DNA of 64,000 nt from an uncultured Candidatus Saccharibacteria bacterium (GTDB lineage Bacteria > Patescibacteriota > Minisyncoccia > Phycocordibacterales > WO2-35-19), in the NCBI GenBank assembly GCA_964589445.1, contig CAZPQX010000001.1:110098-174097 (forward strand), given 5' to 3'. Position 1 is the first letter of the stretch. Every line of letters begins with the position of its first letter. The notes under the pieces are model-generated. The model worked only from the letters and a program-made list of their open reading frames with translations. It did no database searches and had not been told where the DNA came from. Positions 1 through 10,304 of this stretch are shown here, piece after piece. A program made the position numbers and the translations under genes.

Positions 1-64
1 AAAAGCACCCCCTTTTCTTTATTTATCTTTTTTATTATTTGTTTTTTGTTATTTGTCATTTCCA

Positions 65-688
65 TTAGAGATTGTCTTTAAGATTTCTTAAGAAAACCTG
101 AGTAGTTACGACTATTGGACCCAAAGATCTGTTTGGATACTTGTCTATTTCGACACTTACCTTTATAAATCTGACACTGGTAACAGGTACAGGACTAGAA
201 AGGGGTGTGCTTGTACCTGCATAATTTGAATCAAAATATTGAAATATAGGACTAGAGGTACTATTTCTAACATTGTTTATCAAAGTAACTACCGATTCAT
301 TTGCACTATTATAAACAAGAGGATTTCCTGAAGGATTTATAACACCCTTTTTTAAGGAACCATTTTGAAGGAAGTACCTTACTTGCTCTTTATGTGAATC
401 ATTATCTATGTTACTAAAGAAGGTTATGCTTGATGTAGCTGCCTGGGAAATAGGGTAAGAACCTAGGCTAGACGGAGAAGTACTGCGAAGCTCCTTTGCT
501 ATGGTCTTAAGCACCCTCCTACCATCACTCTGTGCACTCAAGTTTTCTTGGGAAGTTGAATTGAACAAAAATATACTATTACTAAAATTAAAAACAGCGA
601 TAAGTATAGCTCCTCCCACAGCAACAGAAATAATAACCTCTGCGAGACTGAAACCATTATATTTTTTTATTTTTATAAATTTAGTCAT
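65..688 (-). CDS. Prepilin-type N-terminal cleavage/methylation protein (minor pilin-like)
   Basis: Basic leader followed by G|FSLAEVII class III signal and a hydrophobic helix; in pilus cluster. Confidence 0.85.
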   Translation of the reverse strand: MTKFIKIKKYNGFSLAEVIISVAVGGAILIAVFNFSNSIFLFNSTSQENLSAQSDGRRVLKTIAKELRSTSPSSLGSYPISQAATSSITFFSNIDNDSHKEQVRYFLQNGSLKKGVINPSGNPLVYNSANESVVTLINNVRNSTSSPIFQYFDSNYAGTSTPLSSPVPVTSVRFIKVSVEIDKYPNRSLGPIVVTTQVFLRNLKDNL

Positions 689-2511
689 GGTGTCATCAAA
701 ATCTCCGTTCTCTTGGAAGAAGAGTTTAGGTTGAAGTCATTTACTGTTTGGGTTGAGTACCCCGGAGCAACCACCTCTATGTCATACAAACCAGTGGATA
801 ATCCACCAAAAGTGACTTGTCCAGGAGGAATGCAAGATGAAGAGAAAGAGATGACAAAATCAGAAACGGTAGGAGAAAGCGCTGGATTTATTGTACTTAA
901 AAATATTTTGTATCTTATATACCTACTTCCGTTGTGTACAGAATTTATTGAATTATTTGTTATGGTGTAAAAACTAGAAGCTGTACCGTCAGGCCCTAGG
1001 AAATTCCATGTAGTTGTAGCTGTATTATCAGGAGAAGTAGCTATTTGATATTTCACCGGGTCACTACCCAAAGAAGGGTTTTGATCAGTTGGCAATATAT
1101 CCACCTTACTCCAATTTGAAGATGTGCCTGTATCAAATATGGATGAGACAAGGAACCCAGAAGGTACAAAGTTACCGAGTGATTGTACAAGCTTCAAATC
1201 TCCCGCAGGGTTGCTTGTATCAATATTTCCGTCTGATGTATGAAATCTAGTCTCATCTGACCAATTGACTTGCCCACTACCACCCGACCAATTTGTTTGT
1301 CTAAAATAACCTTGATTTGTATCAAGTGTCTCAGAAAAACCAGTACGCGAAATAGTGACACTAGCTCCAGAAATAGGTAAACCAGTTGAACCATCTTTTA
1401 CGCCCACAGAAAGAAAAGATGGGCTACCTTCGGCCACTACAAGATCAATATTTTGTGTTGAGTCTGGAAGTATTGAAATCGGGAAGATTGGGTTGGTACC
1501 CGCAAGATAATTGCCTCCTGAAAGAGCGAAAGAAAAAACATCCCACTCCAAATTATTTATATTATATTCACCAGAAGAGTTGGTACTGAAGCTACCATTC
1601 CACTTAAATACATTTGGCGAAGTACCTATGAGCTTGGTGCCGTCTATAGAAAAAGGGACATTTGGTACAGGTAAACACTTGTCTGTTATGGTCCTGATAT
1701 TCAAATCACTAACTCTGTCTATAACAAAAGAAACCTGAGTGAGCTGTTGAAGCAAAACAGTCGCATCACTTTTTACTGGATTTGGGTTTGAAGTAGAAGT
1801 GGCATAAGTACGATCTGTAGTAAATCCTGATTTTGTAGCTGTAATCCTATAAGAATTTTGTCCTGGCGGTGCATCCACGATCTGGAGGAGACCTTCGTTG
1901 TTTGTTGTTTCGTTTATAGATATACCAAGAGTTGGATTTTGGACACTGACGTTTGCCTGAGGTACTGGGTTGCCATTTGCATCAAACACTCTTACGAACA
2001 ATGCTCCATTGGTAGAAGCCGACTCAAGATTTTTGGGAGCAAATACAGTATGAGCTTCAAAATCTGAGCTATCTTTACAATTTTGACACACCACATTAAC
2101 CTGCATCATTTTATAATCTGCGGGGGATAAATCATTGGGTGAGCCGCCTATAGTACCATCAAACGGATCGTCAATATTTCTGATTACTCTAGTAACAGAA
2201 AACTGCCTACCGTCGACCATAACCGTCGAAGTTGGTGCCACCACCCCGACGGGAATACCCCCTAACAACCCCACCTTGGCAAAGGGTATATTTCGGACAA
2301 GCTCAAATTCAGCATTCATCAAATCTATTGCTGCTATCTTGTCTCTGGAGACAGATACTAGTCTTGTGATAGAGACAAACCCTTGATAGATGGCCATAGA
2401 GACAACCGCAAAAATAGCAGCAGCTATCACCACTTCAATCATTGAAAAACCCCTACTAATACTTAGTTTAGTGATCAAAAAACTTTTTTGTTTTGGTTTA
2501 TTGGATAGCAT
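685..2511 (-). CDS. Large pilin-like protein with carboxypeptidase-regulatory-like beta-sandwich repeats
   Basis: RG|FSMIEVVI prepilin motif; VFDANGNPVPQANV and VKDGSTGLPISGASV repeats. Confidence 0.8.
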   Translation of the reverse strand: MLSNKPKQKSFLITKLSISRGFSMIEVVIAAAIFAVVSMAIYQGFVSITRLVSVSRDKIAAIDLMNAEFELVRNIPFAKVGLLGGIPVGVVAPTSTVMVDGRQFSVTRVIRNIDDPFDGTIGGSPNDLSPADYKMMQVNVVCQNCKDSSDFEAHTVFAPKNLESASTNGALFVRVFDANGNPVPQANVSVQNPTLGISINETTNNEGLLQIVDAPPGQNSYRITATKSGFTTDRTYATSTSNPNPVKSDATVLLQQLTQVSFVIDRVSDLNIRTITDKCLPVPNVPFSIDGTKLIGTSPNVFKWNGSFSTNSSGEYNINNLEWDVFSFALSGGNYLAGTNPIFPISILPDSTQNIDLVVAEGSPSFLSVGVKDGSTGLPISGASVTISRTGFSETLDTNQGYFRQTNWSGGSGQVNWSDETRFHTSDGNIDTSNPAGDLKLVQSLGNFVPSGFLVSSIFDTGTSSNWSKVDILPTDQNPSLGSDPVKYQIATSPDNTATTTWNFLGPDGTASSFYTITNNSINSVHNGSRYIRYKIFLSTINPALSPTVSDFVISFSSSCIPPGQVTFGGLSTGLYDIEVVAPGYSTQTVNDFNLNSSSKRTEILMTP

Positions 2512-3712
2512 CTACTAGAGAATATGTAGGCAACATCATGGCTATAGCAAAAATACCAACAGCGATACCCATGAGCACCATTAGAAATGGCTCGATGATA
2601 GTAGAGAGATCTTTTGTTTTTTGATCTATTTCTGCCTCATAATAATCAGCTATGTTACCGAGCATCTCAGACATCTTACCTGTCTCCTCACCCACTGAGA
2701 GCATTTCTGAAAGAAATACAGGGTAAAGATTTTGATTTTCGGAATTTAAAGATACAGACAAAAGCTCGCCAAGCTCTACTTTTTTGGTTGCAGTAATTAC
2801 AATTTCTTTAAAATAATGATTTTGCAAAACATCTGATGTAGTTTCGAGAGCAGAAACAATAGGCACCCCAGAAGAAATAAGTGATGAGAGTGTCCTCGCT
2901 GTACGAGCGGCATTTACCTCCCTCGACATACTGCCTATCACAGGCAAATGCAAAACAAGAGAGTCTGAAAAGTCTTTGCCTCTTTTTGTTTTTAAACTGA
3001 AAAATACTGTAAGGAAAATAGCCATAAGTGAACCCAATGTAAGCAAAATGTTTAATCTCAAAAAGTCACTTATAGCCACAATAATCCTGGTAGGCAAAGG
3101 CAACTCAATATTTAAACCTTTAAATGTTTCTGTGAGAGTAGGTACCATATAAACCATGAGTACGATACCGATGACTAACATTATAGTCATGATAACGACA
3201 GGGTAAATCATCGCGCCCTTAACCTTCTTGGTAAGAAGGTAAGATTTTTCAAGTTGCTGCCCTATTGTCCTAAGGGACTCCGAAAGTTTGCCCGACTCTT
3301 CCCCCGCTCTCACCATAGAGACGAAAAGCTGAGAAAAAACTTCAGGGTGAGCTTCGAGTGATTTTGAAAAAGTCTCTCCAGAGCTAACTGAATTAGAGAT
3401 AGACTCGAGGAGAGAAATCATGTTTTTCTTCTTGGCCTGCTTTTGAAGTACAGAAAGAGCACGAGAAATAGAAAGGCCTGCATCTACCATAACTGCTATA
3501 TTTTTAGCAAAATTTATTTGATCTTCTGGCTTTATCTTTTTTCTAAAAGAAAAAATGTTTATACTAGGCCCCTTACTTTTTATTTCTTCTACAGAAACTA
3601 CAGAGCCGTTTTCACCCCTTATAGCAGAATATAATTCACCCTTGTCAGCAAAAGATTTTGTTTCCTGTTTTTCTACTCCATTTACTATGTATTTGTATTT
3701 ATAGTTTGGCAT
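2498..3712 (-). CDS. pilC: Type IV pilus/T2SS inner-membrane platform protein (PilC/GspF)
   Basis: Two T2SSF repeats (AGEESGKL, VGEETGKM), EPFLMV motif, three TM segments; start taken at MPNY. Confidence 0.9.
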   Translation of the reverse strand: MPNYKYKYIVNGVEKQETKSFADKGELYSAIRGENGSVVSVEEIKSKGPSINIFSFRKKIKPEDQINFAKNIAVMVDAGLSISRALSVLQKQAKKKNMISLLESISNSVSSGETFSKSLEAHPEVFSQLFVSMVRAGEESGKLSESLRTIGQQLEKSYLLTKKVKGAMIYPVVIMTIMLVIGIVLMVYMVPTLTETFKGLNIELPLPTRIIVAISDFLRLNILLTLGSLMAIFLTVFFSLKTKRGKDFSDSLVLHLPVIGSMSREVNAARTARTLSSLISSGVPIVSALETTSDVLQNHYFKEIVITATKKVELGELLSVSLNSENQNLYPVFLSEMLSVGEETGKMSEMLGNIADYYEAEIDQKTKDLSTIIEPFLMVLMGIAVGIFAIAMMLPTYSLVDAIQ

Positions 3713-3805
3713 GCGATTTTGCAAGATGCGACGTCATGCTAAATTATAGCAACATACAAAAATATTTTGAAAAAAATCTGTTTATAATAAAAAAATTTTT
3801 ATTAT

Positions 3806-5557
3806 TTATTCAGACACCACTCTCAAGACTTCTTCGATAGTTGTGAGACCTTGCGCAGCTTTGAAGACTCCGTCTTCGAGCATTGTGAGCATACCTTCTT
3901 TTTTTGCATGTAGCTCTATGTCTTCAGTAGTTGCACCTTTGATTATCAAATTTTTGACAGCAGAAGAAACATTGAGTACTTCGTATATACCTATACGCCC
4001 CTTAAATGCGTCCTCTTTAGCATCTTTCTCTGGCCTGAAGAAAGGCACATTTTCCCAGTCATCATTTTTGCCTATTATCTTTTCTTCTTTGAGCACATTG
4101 AGCACCACATCCAAATTGACCACTTTTGAAAGAGAGTCGAGCTCCGCTTTTGATAAATAATATTTTTCTTTTTTGTCTACCAATTTTCTTACGAGCCTTT
4201 GAGCAATGATAGCATCGAGAGTTGATATAAGTAGAAACGGCTCAACTTTCATATCGATGAGGCGGGGGATGGCGCCAGCGGCTGAGTTGGTGTGCAAAGT
4301 AGAGAGCACCAAGTGCCCAGTGAGGGATGCGTTGATAGCGAGGCTCGCTGTCTCTCCATCGCGGATCTCCCCCACCATTATGATATCTGGGTCCTGACGC
4401 ACGAGAGTACGTAGACCAGCACTAAATGTAAGCCCAATCTCTGGCTTCACTTGAGTTTGGTTGACCCTTTTCATTTGGTACTCCACAGGATCTTCGATGG
4501 TAGAAATATTTACATCATTGGTATTTAAAATATCGATCATTGTATAGAGTGTAGTAGACTTTCCGCTTCCTGTTGGGCCCGTGACTAGTATCATGCCTGT
4601 AGTGTGCTGCAAAACTTTGTGAAGCAAATCCAAACCTTGGCCATGGAAGCCGAGTGACTCGAGCGTAAAGCCCGAGACTGATTCGCGTAGTAACCTCATC
4701 ACTATCTTCTCACCATAATAAACAGGCAAAGTAGATACACGGAAAGAAACTTTTTCCCCATTCATGTCTATCTTGAACCTTCCATCTTGCGGAAGCCTCT
4801 TTTCGTCGAGCCTCAAATTTGAAAGCACTTTTATACGCGCAGCGAGCGAGTTGCCTATGTGTTTTGGCAACACCATGGCGTCATGCAACACCCCGTCTAT
4901 CCTATACCTTACAAGTATCTGATCTTCGAGTGGCTCGATGTGGATATCAGAAGAGTTTTGGATGATTGAGTGCTTGAGCAGTGTGTCGACTATCCTGACC
5001 ACAGGCAACTCTTCGGCAAGTTTCTTGAGATCGCTCGCACTTGCCTCTTCGCCAGGTATTTTTTCGGCTATTGTTTTTATGTTGTCAGACTCCTCCTTTA
5101 TCAAATCTCCGAAGTCGTCTTTGAGGTTTTTTTGGTATTGGATAAGTACACTCCTCATCGACTCCGAGTCAGTCAGGCGTGGCAAAATTTTGAGCCCCAC
5201 CTTTTTCTTTATGGAGTTGAGAGCCTGGAGGTCATCAGTATCGAGCATGGCGACTTCGAGAGAGTCGTCCCTTCTTTCGAAAGCTACCACGTTGTGCTTC
5301 CTGGCTATCGGCTCTGGGATAAGGGTGAGTATGTCTCTATCTATATTTTGACCTTTGAGATTTATGAAAGGGATACCCAGTATATATGCTTGTATCCTCC
5401 TTATGTCATCGTCAGAAAATTTGCCCTTAGAAACAAGAATATCGCTTATCGATTTCTTTTTTGTTTTAGCTTCTCCTTCGGCCTCTTCTACCTCCGTCTT
5501 TGAGATGAGGCCAGCATCAACTATAAATTCTTTTATTTGTGAGTCTTCTACATGCAT
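3806..5557 (-). CDS. pilB: Type IV pilus assembly ATPase (PilB/GspE)
   Basis: Walker A GPTGSGKS, TIEDPVE, RQDPDIIMVGEIRD, TGHLVLSTLHTN. Confidence 0.93.
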   Translation of the reverse strand: MHVEDSQIKEFIVDAGLISKTEVEEAEGEAKTKKKSISDILVSKGKFSDDDIRRIQAYILGIPFINLKGQNIDRDILTLIPEPIARKHNVVAFERRDDSLEVAMLDTDDLQALNSIKKKVGLKILPRLTDSESMRSVLIQYQKNLKDDFGDLIKEESDNIKTIAEKIPGEEASASDLKKLAEELPVVRIVDTLLKHSIIQNSSDIHIEPLEDQILVRYRIDGVLHDAMVLPKHIGNSLAARIKVLSNLRLDEKRLPQDGRFKIDMNGEKVSFRVSTLPVYYGEKIVMRLLRESVSGFTLESLGFHGQGLDLLHKVLQHTTGMILVTGPTGSGKSTTLYTMIDILNTNDVNISTIEDPVEYQMKRVNQTQVKPEIGLTFSAGLRTLVRQDPDIIMVGEIRDGETASLAINASLTGHLVLSTLHTNSAAGAIPRLIDMKVEPFLLISTLDAIIAQRLVRKLVDKKEKYYLSKAELDSLSKVVNLDVVLNVLKEEKIIGKNDDWENVPFFRPEKDAKEDAFKGRIGIYEVLNVSSAVKNLIIKGATTEDIELHAKKEGMLTMLEDGVFKAAQGLTTIEEVLRVVSE

Positions 5558-5651
5558 ACGATTTTGCGAAATCGTTTAGAGCACGATTTACACTGTATGC
5601 ATTTATTATATTGTTATAGAAAAATAAAATCTAGGGAAAAACTCTGAAAAA

Positions 5652-6188
5652 TTAAATTTCTTTTCTGTTTCTGTTGTTTCTTGGATTTCCGATCAAATAT
5701 TTTTTTGGATTTTGATCTAAGTCGATGAAGTCATCAGCTGACTCGATAAGGCGAGCAGAAGTAGATTTGCCAAACGAAGCGACTTCCACCTGACAACCTT
5801 GGTTTTTTAAGTATTCAACAAGAGGCACGAAGTCTCCGTCACCTGTTATCAAGATGATCGCATCAAGTTTGGGTGCGAGCTTGATAGCGTCTACCGCGAG
5901 CCCCACATCCCAGTCACCCTTTTTTGCACCTCCTGCAAAAATCTGCAAATTTTTTGTTTTTGTTTCTATGCCCACTTTTTCAAGTGCGTCAAAAAAACTT
6001 CTTTCTTCACCGCTCTCTGTAGTGACTACATAAGCAACTGCTCGAGTCAAAGAACGGCCAGCGAGAGACTCTCTCACCACCTGATCAAAGTTTACTTTTG
6101 ATTTGTAAATGTTTTTTGCACTGTGATACAAATTTTGTGTGTCTATAAAAATACCGACACGTTGGCTTTTTTGTTTTATAACCGCCAT
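5652..6188 (-). CDS. NYN domain (LabA/DUF88) protein
   Basis: IFIDTQN, KGDWDV and TGDGDFVP acidic PIN-like motifs. Confidence 0.88.
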   Translation of the reverse strand: MAVIKQKSQRVGIFIDTQNLYHSAKNIYKSKVNFDQVVRESLAGRSLTRAVAYVVTTESGEERSFFDALEKVGIETKTKNLQIFAGGAKKGDWDVGLAVDAIKLAPKLDAIILITGDGDFVPLVEYLKNQGCQVEVASFGKSTSARLIESADDFIDLDQNPKKYLIGNPRNNRNRKEI

Positions 6189-6286
6189 AAATATAAAAAT
6201 TAGAGTATTAAAAAATCTAACATTCGAGAATTAAATAAATTAATTCCCAAATTCTAAAATTTAAAAACTAGACCGACAATAGAATA

Positions 6287-6559
6287 TTAAGCAGCTTTCT
6301 TTAGACCAAGCTTCTTAACTACTGAATTATACCTCTTAGCGTCTTTCTTTTCCAAATACTTCATGTGTGATTTCCTTGCAGCCACAAGTCCCAAAAGCCC
6401 TCTTCTTGAGTGCTTGTCTTTTTTATTTTTCTTTAGGTGAGAAGAAAGGTCGTCTATCCTACGGGAAAGTACGGCTATCTGAACCTCAGGAGAGCCAGTG
6501 TCTGTATCATGCACCTTTACTTCTTTTATTATTTTTTGCTTCTTTGTCTTTGTAAGCAT
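6287..6559 (-). CDS. rpsO: 30S ribosomal protein S15
   Basis: HDTDTGSPEVQIA, KDKHSRRGLL. Confidence 0.97.
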   Translation of the reverse strand: MLTKTKKQKIIKEVKVHDTDTGSPEVQIAVLSRRIDDLSSHLKKNKKDKHSRRGLLGLVAARKSHMKYLEKKDAKRYNSVVKKLGLKKAA

Positions 6560-6659
6560 TACCCCACAAGGTTAGCATAAATACCAATTTTTGGCAAGTG
6601 CCAAGGCAAAAGCCCCATTTTGGCTGATTTTGGGCTCTTTTGACTGTTGAGTTATCCAC

Positions 6660-6688
6660 TTGACATATCTACCTGTTTGGTATATAAT
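6660..6688 (+). promoter_or_regulatory. Sigma70-type promoter for orphan gene 6706
   Basis: TTGACA-17 nt-TATAAT, followed by AAGGAG Shine-Dalgarno before the ATG. Confidence 0.7.
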
Positions 6689-6705
6689 ATATAAAGGAGT
6701 TCCCA

Positions 6706-7038
6706 ATGACAATCAATATGAACGGCCTCGCTGAGGCCAAGATGAAGTGGTTTTCGGTCAGGATCTTCCTGATCACACTGATCATGTCCCTTGGTTGGAC
6801 GGGAGCTATGGTAGCTTCCCGCACGAGGGGGACCTACCAGGAGGTAAGTCACGAAGTTGGAATGATCATGGCGATGTTAACTTTAATGATCGTACTTCTG
6901 GCGATCCTCTGCCTCTGTGAGGGCAATTGGCAACCCGACCCCAGACCATGGAGCGACCGGACTTATGTGTCTGGGCGAGCATGGGTCTCCATGGCCCTTG
7001 CCCTCCCAATCACCAATATTTTCCTCCTACTACAGTAG
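6706..7038 (+). CDS. Hypothetical three-TM membrane protein (orphan)
   Basis: Own promoter, SD and downstream hairpin (ccccgt...acgggg); three hydrophobic segments. Confidence 0.7.
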   Translation: MTINMNGLAEAKMKWFSVRIFLITLIMSLGWTGAMVASRTRGTYQEVSHEVGMIMAMLTLMIVLLAILCLCEGNWQPDPRPWSDRTYVSGRAWVSMALALPITNIFLLLQ

Positions 7039-7112
7039 GAGCAAACCGCCCCGTTTTAGACAAAGCTCCGTGCTCGTCTAGACGGGGCTTTCTGTTTGCT
7101 ATAATAAAGTAG

Positions 7113-8069
7113 ATGGATAAAAAACTTTTAAATACAGATGCAAACGAGCTCCCCTCTCACCCACTCGGGCAACTCGCACGACAATTCCTCGAATACATAG
7201 AGATAGAAAAAGGCCGCAGCCTGAAGACAGTAGATAATTACAAAAGGTACCTCTCAGTATTCCTACAACACACCAAAGTAGAAGATGCGGGAGATATCAC
7301 AGATTCCCTTGTAAGAGAGTTCCGCCTTTGGCTAAACAGGAAAGTGAGCGGCAACAATACGAAGACTGGCGACACTCTCTCACGCAAAACTCAAAACTAT
7401 TATCTGATAGCTTTGCGCGCCTTCCTCAAATATTTAGCTCGTCAAGAAGTGAAGACGCTGCCCGCAGAGAGGATCGAGCTCGCCAAGACTCCTGAGAGGT
7501 CACTCGACCTCATCACCCAAGACGAGCTAGAGCGCCTGATGGAAGCTCCTAAAGGAGAAGATTTGAAATCAATAAGAGACAGGTCTATCCTCGAGCTCCT
7601 CTTTTCAACTGGCCTCCGCGTCTCCGAGCTTTGCTCGCTGAGGCGCGATATCAACCTCAAGGCAGACGAGCTTTCGATACGAGGTAAGGGTGGCAAAGTG
7701 CGTGTCGTCTTCCTTTCTGAAAAGGCCAAAACTTGCGTCAAAGAATATTTGGCAAAAAGGAAAGATATGGACGACGCGCTTTTTGTAAAAGTAGATACTG
7801 AAAAAAGAGCGACCAAGATAGACCCACTCACCCCGCGCTCAGTAGAGAGGATCATCAAGCACTACGCGATAAAGTCCGGCATTTCCAAAAAAGTGACCCC
7901 TCACGTGATAAGGCACTGCTTTGCTACCGACCTCCTTAGCAACGGTGCTGACCTCCGCTCTGTACAAGCACTCCTCGGCCACGCTCACATAGGCACCACA
8001 CAGGTTTATACCCACGTGACCGACAAGCACCTCAAAGAAATCCACAAAAAATTCCATAACAAACGATAG
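7113..8069 (+). CDS. Tyrosine recombinase, XerC/XerD family
   Basis: SAM-like N-domain, STGLRVSEL, RGKGGK, TPHVIRHCFAT, LLGHA..TTQVYTH. Confidence 0.92.
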   Translation: MDKKLLNTDANELPSHPLGQLARQFLEYIEIEKGRSLKTVDNYKRYLSVFLQHTKVEDAGDITDSLVREFRLWLNRKVSGNNTKTGDTLSRKTQNYYLIALRAFLKYLARQEVKTLPAERIELAKTPERSLDLITQDELERLMEAPKGEDLKSIRDRSILELLFSTGLRVSELCSLRRDINLKADELSIRGKGGKVRVVFLSEKAKTCVKEYLAKRKDMDDALFVKVDTEKRATKIDPLTPRSVERIIKHYAIKSGISKKVTPHVIRHCFATDLLSNGADLRSVQALLGHAHIGTTQVYTHVTDKHLKEIHKKFHNKR

Positions 8070-8139
8070 CTTGATTTTTATACTCTTTTGGTGTATAATA
8101 TAATTTAGATTGATCTAACAAAAGAAAGGATGGCCCATC

Positions 8140-8862
8140 ATGGGAAAATCAGGAGTAGAACCGGAGGGGAAACCCTCGGTAGAGGCGATGTGGAAGAACC
8201 AGTCCAACCGCCTCCAACTGGCAAGAAATCAGGCTATGGTCGCTCGCAAGCTGGGCGACTATGCCTCCGCCCACAGCGGAATGCTGTCGGCGTACATCAC
8301 CATCCTCGGGGGCAACCCCGTTGAAGGTCGGCACCCAGTGAAGTTTTTCTTGCTGGCGCTGTGGCATGCATTTTGCATGTCGTGGCGGTTGGAGAAGCTC
8401 AACCACAACCAGCTGGATGTATGGATTTCATTCATACTGAAGCTGCGCGCCAAGATGCCGGCGTTTAAAAGCGTGCTAAATAAGACGCTTATAGACGCGG
8501 CTGTCCGCGAAGTAAGGGGCGCAAACACCAACGGCAAGCATCACCAGCTAGGTCTTGCACTGCTCACCTATGCCGAGGTGTTGCTTGCAACAGTTTACTG
8601 GGGTGATGAAACCCCTACCATAGTTAAAAATAAGATCAGAGTGGCTCTTGATCTGGAGCCACTGATCCGAGAAGAGTCCGAACAACCCCAAGGCCTGCAG
8701 CAGCTTGTCCGGATTCTCCGGAAAGCGGGCGAGCTCTACATCGCCCTTGGAGAACCACTCCAAGGGAAAGCGTACCTCAACTATGCTCTCGTCCTCGCCC
8801 AAGGCGAGGCAGATGCCCCAGACCAAGTCCCCAAGATCAAGGCTATACTGGCCAAGATCTAA
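8140..8862 (+). CDS. Hypothetical helical protein (orphan; TPR-like C-terminus possible)
   Basis: 240-aa ORF, visibly GC-richer, with own promoter, GAAAGG leader and terminator at ~8869-8907. Confidence 0.7.
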   Translation: MGKSGVEPEGKPSVEAMWKNQSNRLQLARNQAMVARKLGDYASAHSGMLSAYITILGGNPVEGRHPVKFFLLALWHAFCMSWRLEKLNHNQLDVWISFILKLRAKMPAFKSVLNKTLIDAAVREVRGANTNGKHHQLGLALLTYAEVLLATVYWGDETPTIVKNKIRVALDLEPLIREESEQPQGLQQLVRILRKAGELYIALGEPLQGKAYLNYALVLAQGEADAPDQVPKIKAILAKI

Positions 8863-8964
8863 AACCCAACCGCCCCTTCGGCACAAAATCCGAAGGAGGC
8901 GGATTTTGTTTATATAAAGAGGAAAAATTTGAAAAAAAATGGTTTTCGTGTTAATTTTTTGCTC

Positions 8965-10032
8965 ATGCAATACAACGTAAAATCAAAAAAACTTCCTAAT
9001 TCGGAAGTTGAAATAGAGGTTAGTTTACCAGCTGAGGAGCTTGAAAAAGCCAGGAAAACAGCCATAAAAGAATTATCAGAAACCATGGAGATAGATGGCT
9101 TCAGGAAAGGCCATGTACCAGAAAATGTGGTACTCGAAAGAGCTGGAGAAGACCTTTTGCTCGAGAGAGCCGCTGATGTAGTACTCCAAAAACACTTCCA
9201 ATCAATAGTACTACAGGAGAAGTTTGATACCTTAGGTCACCCAGAAGTTTCTGTGACCAAACTTGCTCTTGGTAACCCTTTTGAATTTAAGGCAAAGTTT
9301 GCCGTGATGCCAGAGTTTGAGCTCCCCGACTACAAAAAAATAGCCAAGAAAATAAGAGAAGAAAACAAAAAAGAAGATAAGGAGTTTGAGGCAACCGAAA
9401 AAGAAGTTGATGATGTGCTTTTGCAAATAAGAAAGAACAAAGCTCACATCGAATGGCACAAAAACAACCCAGAAGCAGATCATCACGACCATGGAGATTT
9501 GGAAAATCCAGAGAGCCTCCCCGAGCTTACCGACGAGCTTGCAAAAGAAGCTGGTAATTTCAAAGATGTCGAGGAGCTTAAGGCAAAAATAAAAGAAAAT
9601 ATTATTTCAGAAAAAAAGCAGCGCGAAGCAGACAAGACAAGAGCTAAGATGATGGAGGCGATACTCAAAGACACTAAGATAGAGCTTCCAGAGGTACTTG
9701 TCGAAGCCGAGATAAACAAATCGATCGCACAGCTCAAAGACGATGTCGCAAGGATGGGCGGCAGTTGGGAAGATTATCTTTCACATACCAAAAAGACAGA
9801 GGATGACTTAAGGAAGGATATGCGCAACTCTTCTGCAGAAAGAGCCAAGATACAGCTCATATTCAACAAGATAGCTATAGCCGAAAAAATTGAACCGAAT
9901 GAGGAGATAATGGAGCAGGAAGTGAAGGTAATAAAAGAGCATTATAAAGATGCTTCAGAGCAAAGCGCTCGCATCTATGTGGCTACTATCCTCATCAATC
10001 AAGCAGTTTTGAAACTTTTGGAGAGCCAGTAG
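8965..10032 (+). CDS. tig: Trigger factor lacking the FKBP domain
   Basis: GFRKGHVP ribosome-binding signature and C-terminal chaperone domain; near clpP. Confidence 0.92.
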   Translation: MQYNVKSKKLPNSEVEIEVSLPAEELEKARKTAIKELSETMEIDGFRKGHVPENVVLERAGEDLLLERAADVVLQKHFQSIVLQEKFDTLGHPEVSVTKLALGNPFEFKAKFAVMPEFELPDYKKIAKKIREENKKEDKEFEATEKEVDDVLLQIRKNKAHIEWHKNNPEADHHDHGDLENPESLPELTDELAKEAGNFKDVEELKAKIKENIISEKKQREADKTRAKMMEAILKDTKIELPEVLVEAEINKSIAQLKDDVARMGGSWEDYLSHTKKTEDDLRKDMRNSSAERAKIQLIFNKIAIAEKIEPNEEIMEQEVKVIKEHYKDASEQSARIYVATILINQAVLKLLESQ

Positions 10033-10043
10033 AAGAATTTAAT

Positions 10044-10125
10044 CAAAAAACCTGAAACAAAATTCTGACTCCTCCTCCCTAAAGGGTTCCCTTGGGAGTC
10101 AAAATTTTGCTTCAGGTTTTTTTTG
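10044..10125 (+). repeat. Long palindrome, type A element (core TCCTCCCTAAAGGGTTCCC)
   Basis: ~29-bp imperfect inverted repeat; same core twice inside fmt (~56206 and ~56425). Confidence 0.85.
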
Positions 10126-10172
10126 GAGCTTCTGGAGAGTGGATAGAACAGATAAGTAAAAAGTAAAAATAG

Positions 10173-10291
10173 AATAAAAAAGGTGAAAAGTTATTGAGCG
10201 TGCCTTGCGGAGGCTGACTGAGCCGAGCAGAGCAAAAAACCAGCAGGTTTTTATGCGTGCTAAGCGAAATAAGCTTTTCACCTTTTTTATT
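10173..10291 (+). repeat. Nested hairpin element, type B (GACTG and AGCA loops)
   Basis: 18-bp perfect outer IR aataaaaaaggtgaaaag; inner ggct-GACTG-agcc and aaaaacc-AGCA-ggttttt. Confidence 0.85.
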
Positions 10292-10304
10292 AGGACCAAA
10301 TAAA

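Noticed and set aside
6706-8862. Prophage, integron or integrative element around the tyrosine recombinase
   Set aside because: The protein has XerC/D size and motifs without an evident integron-integrase insertion; no att repeats or phage genes are seen.
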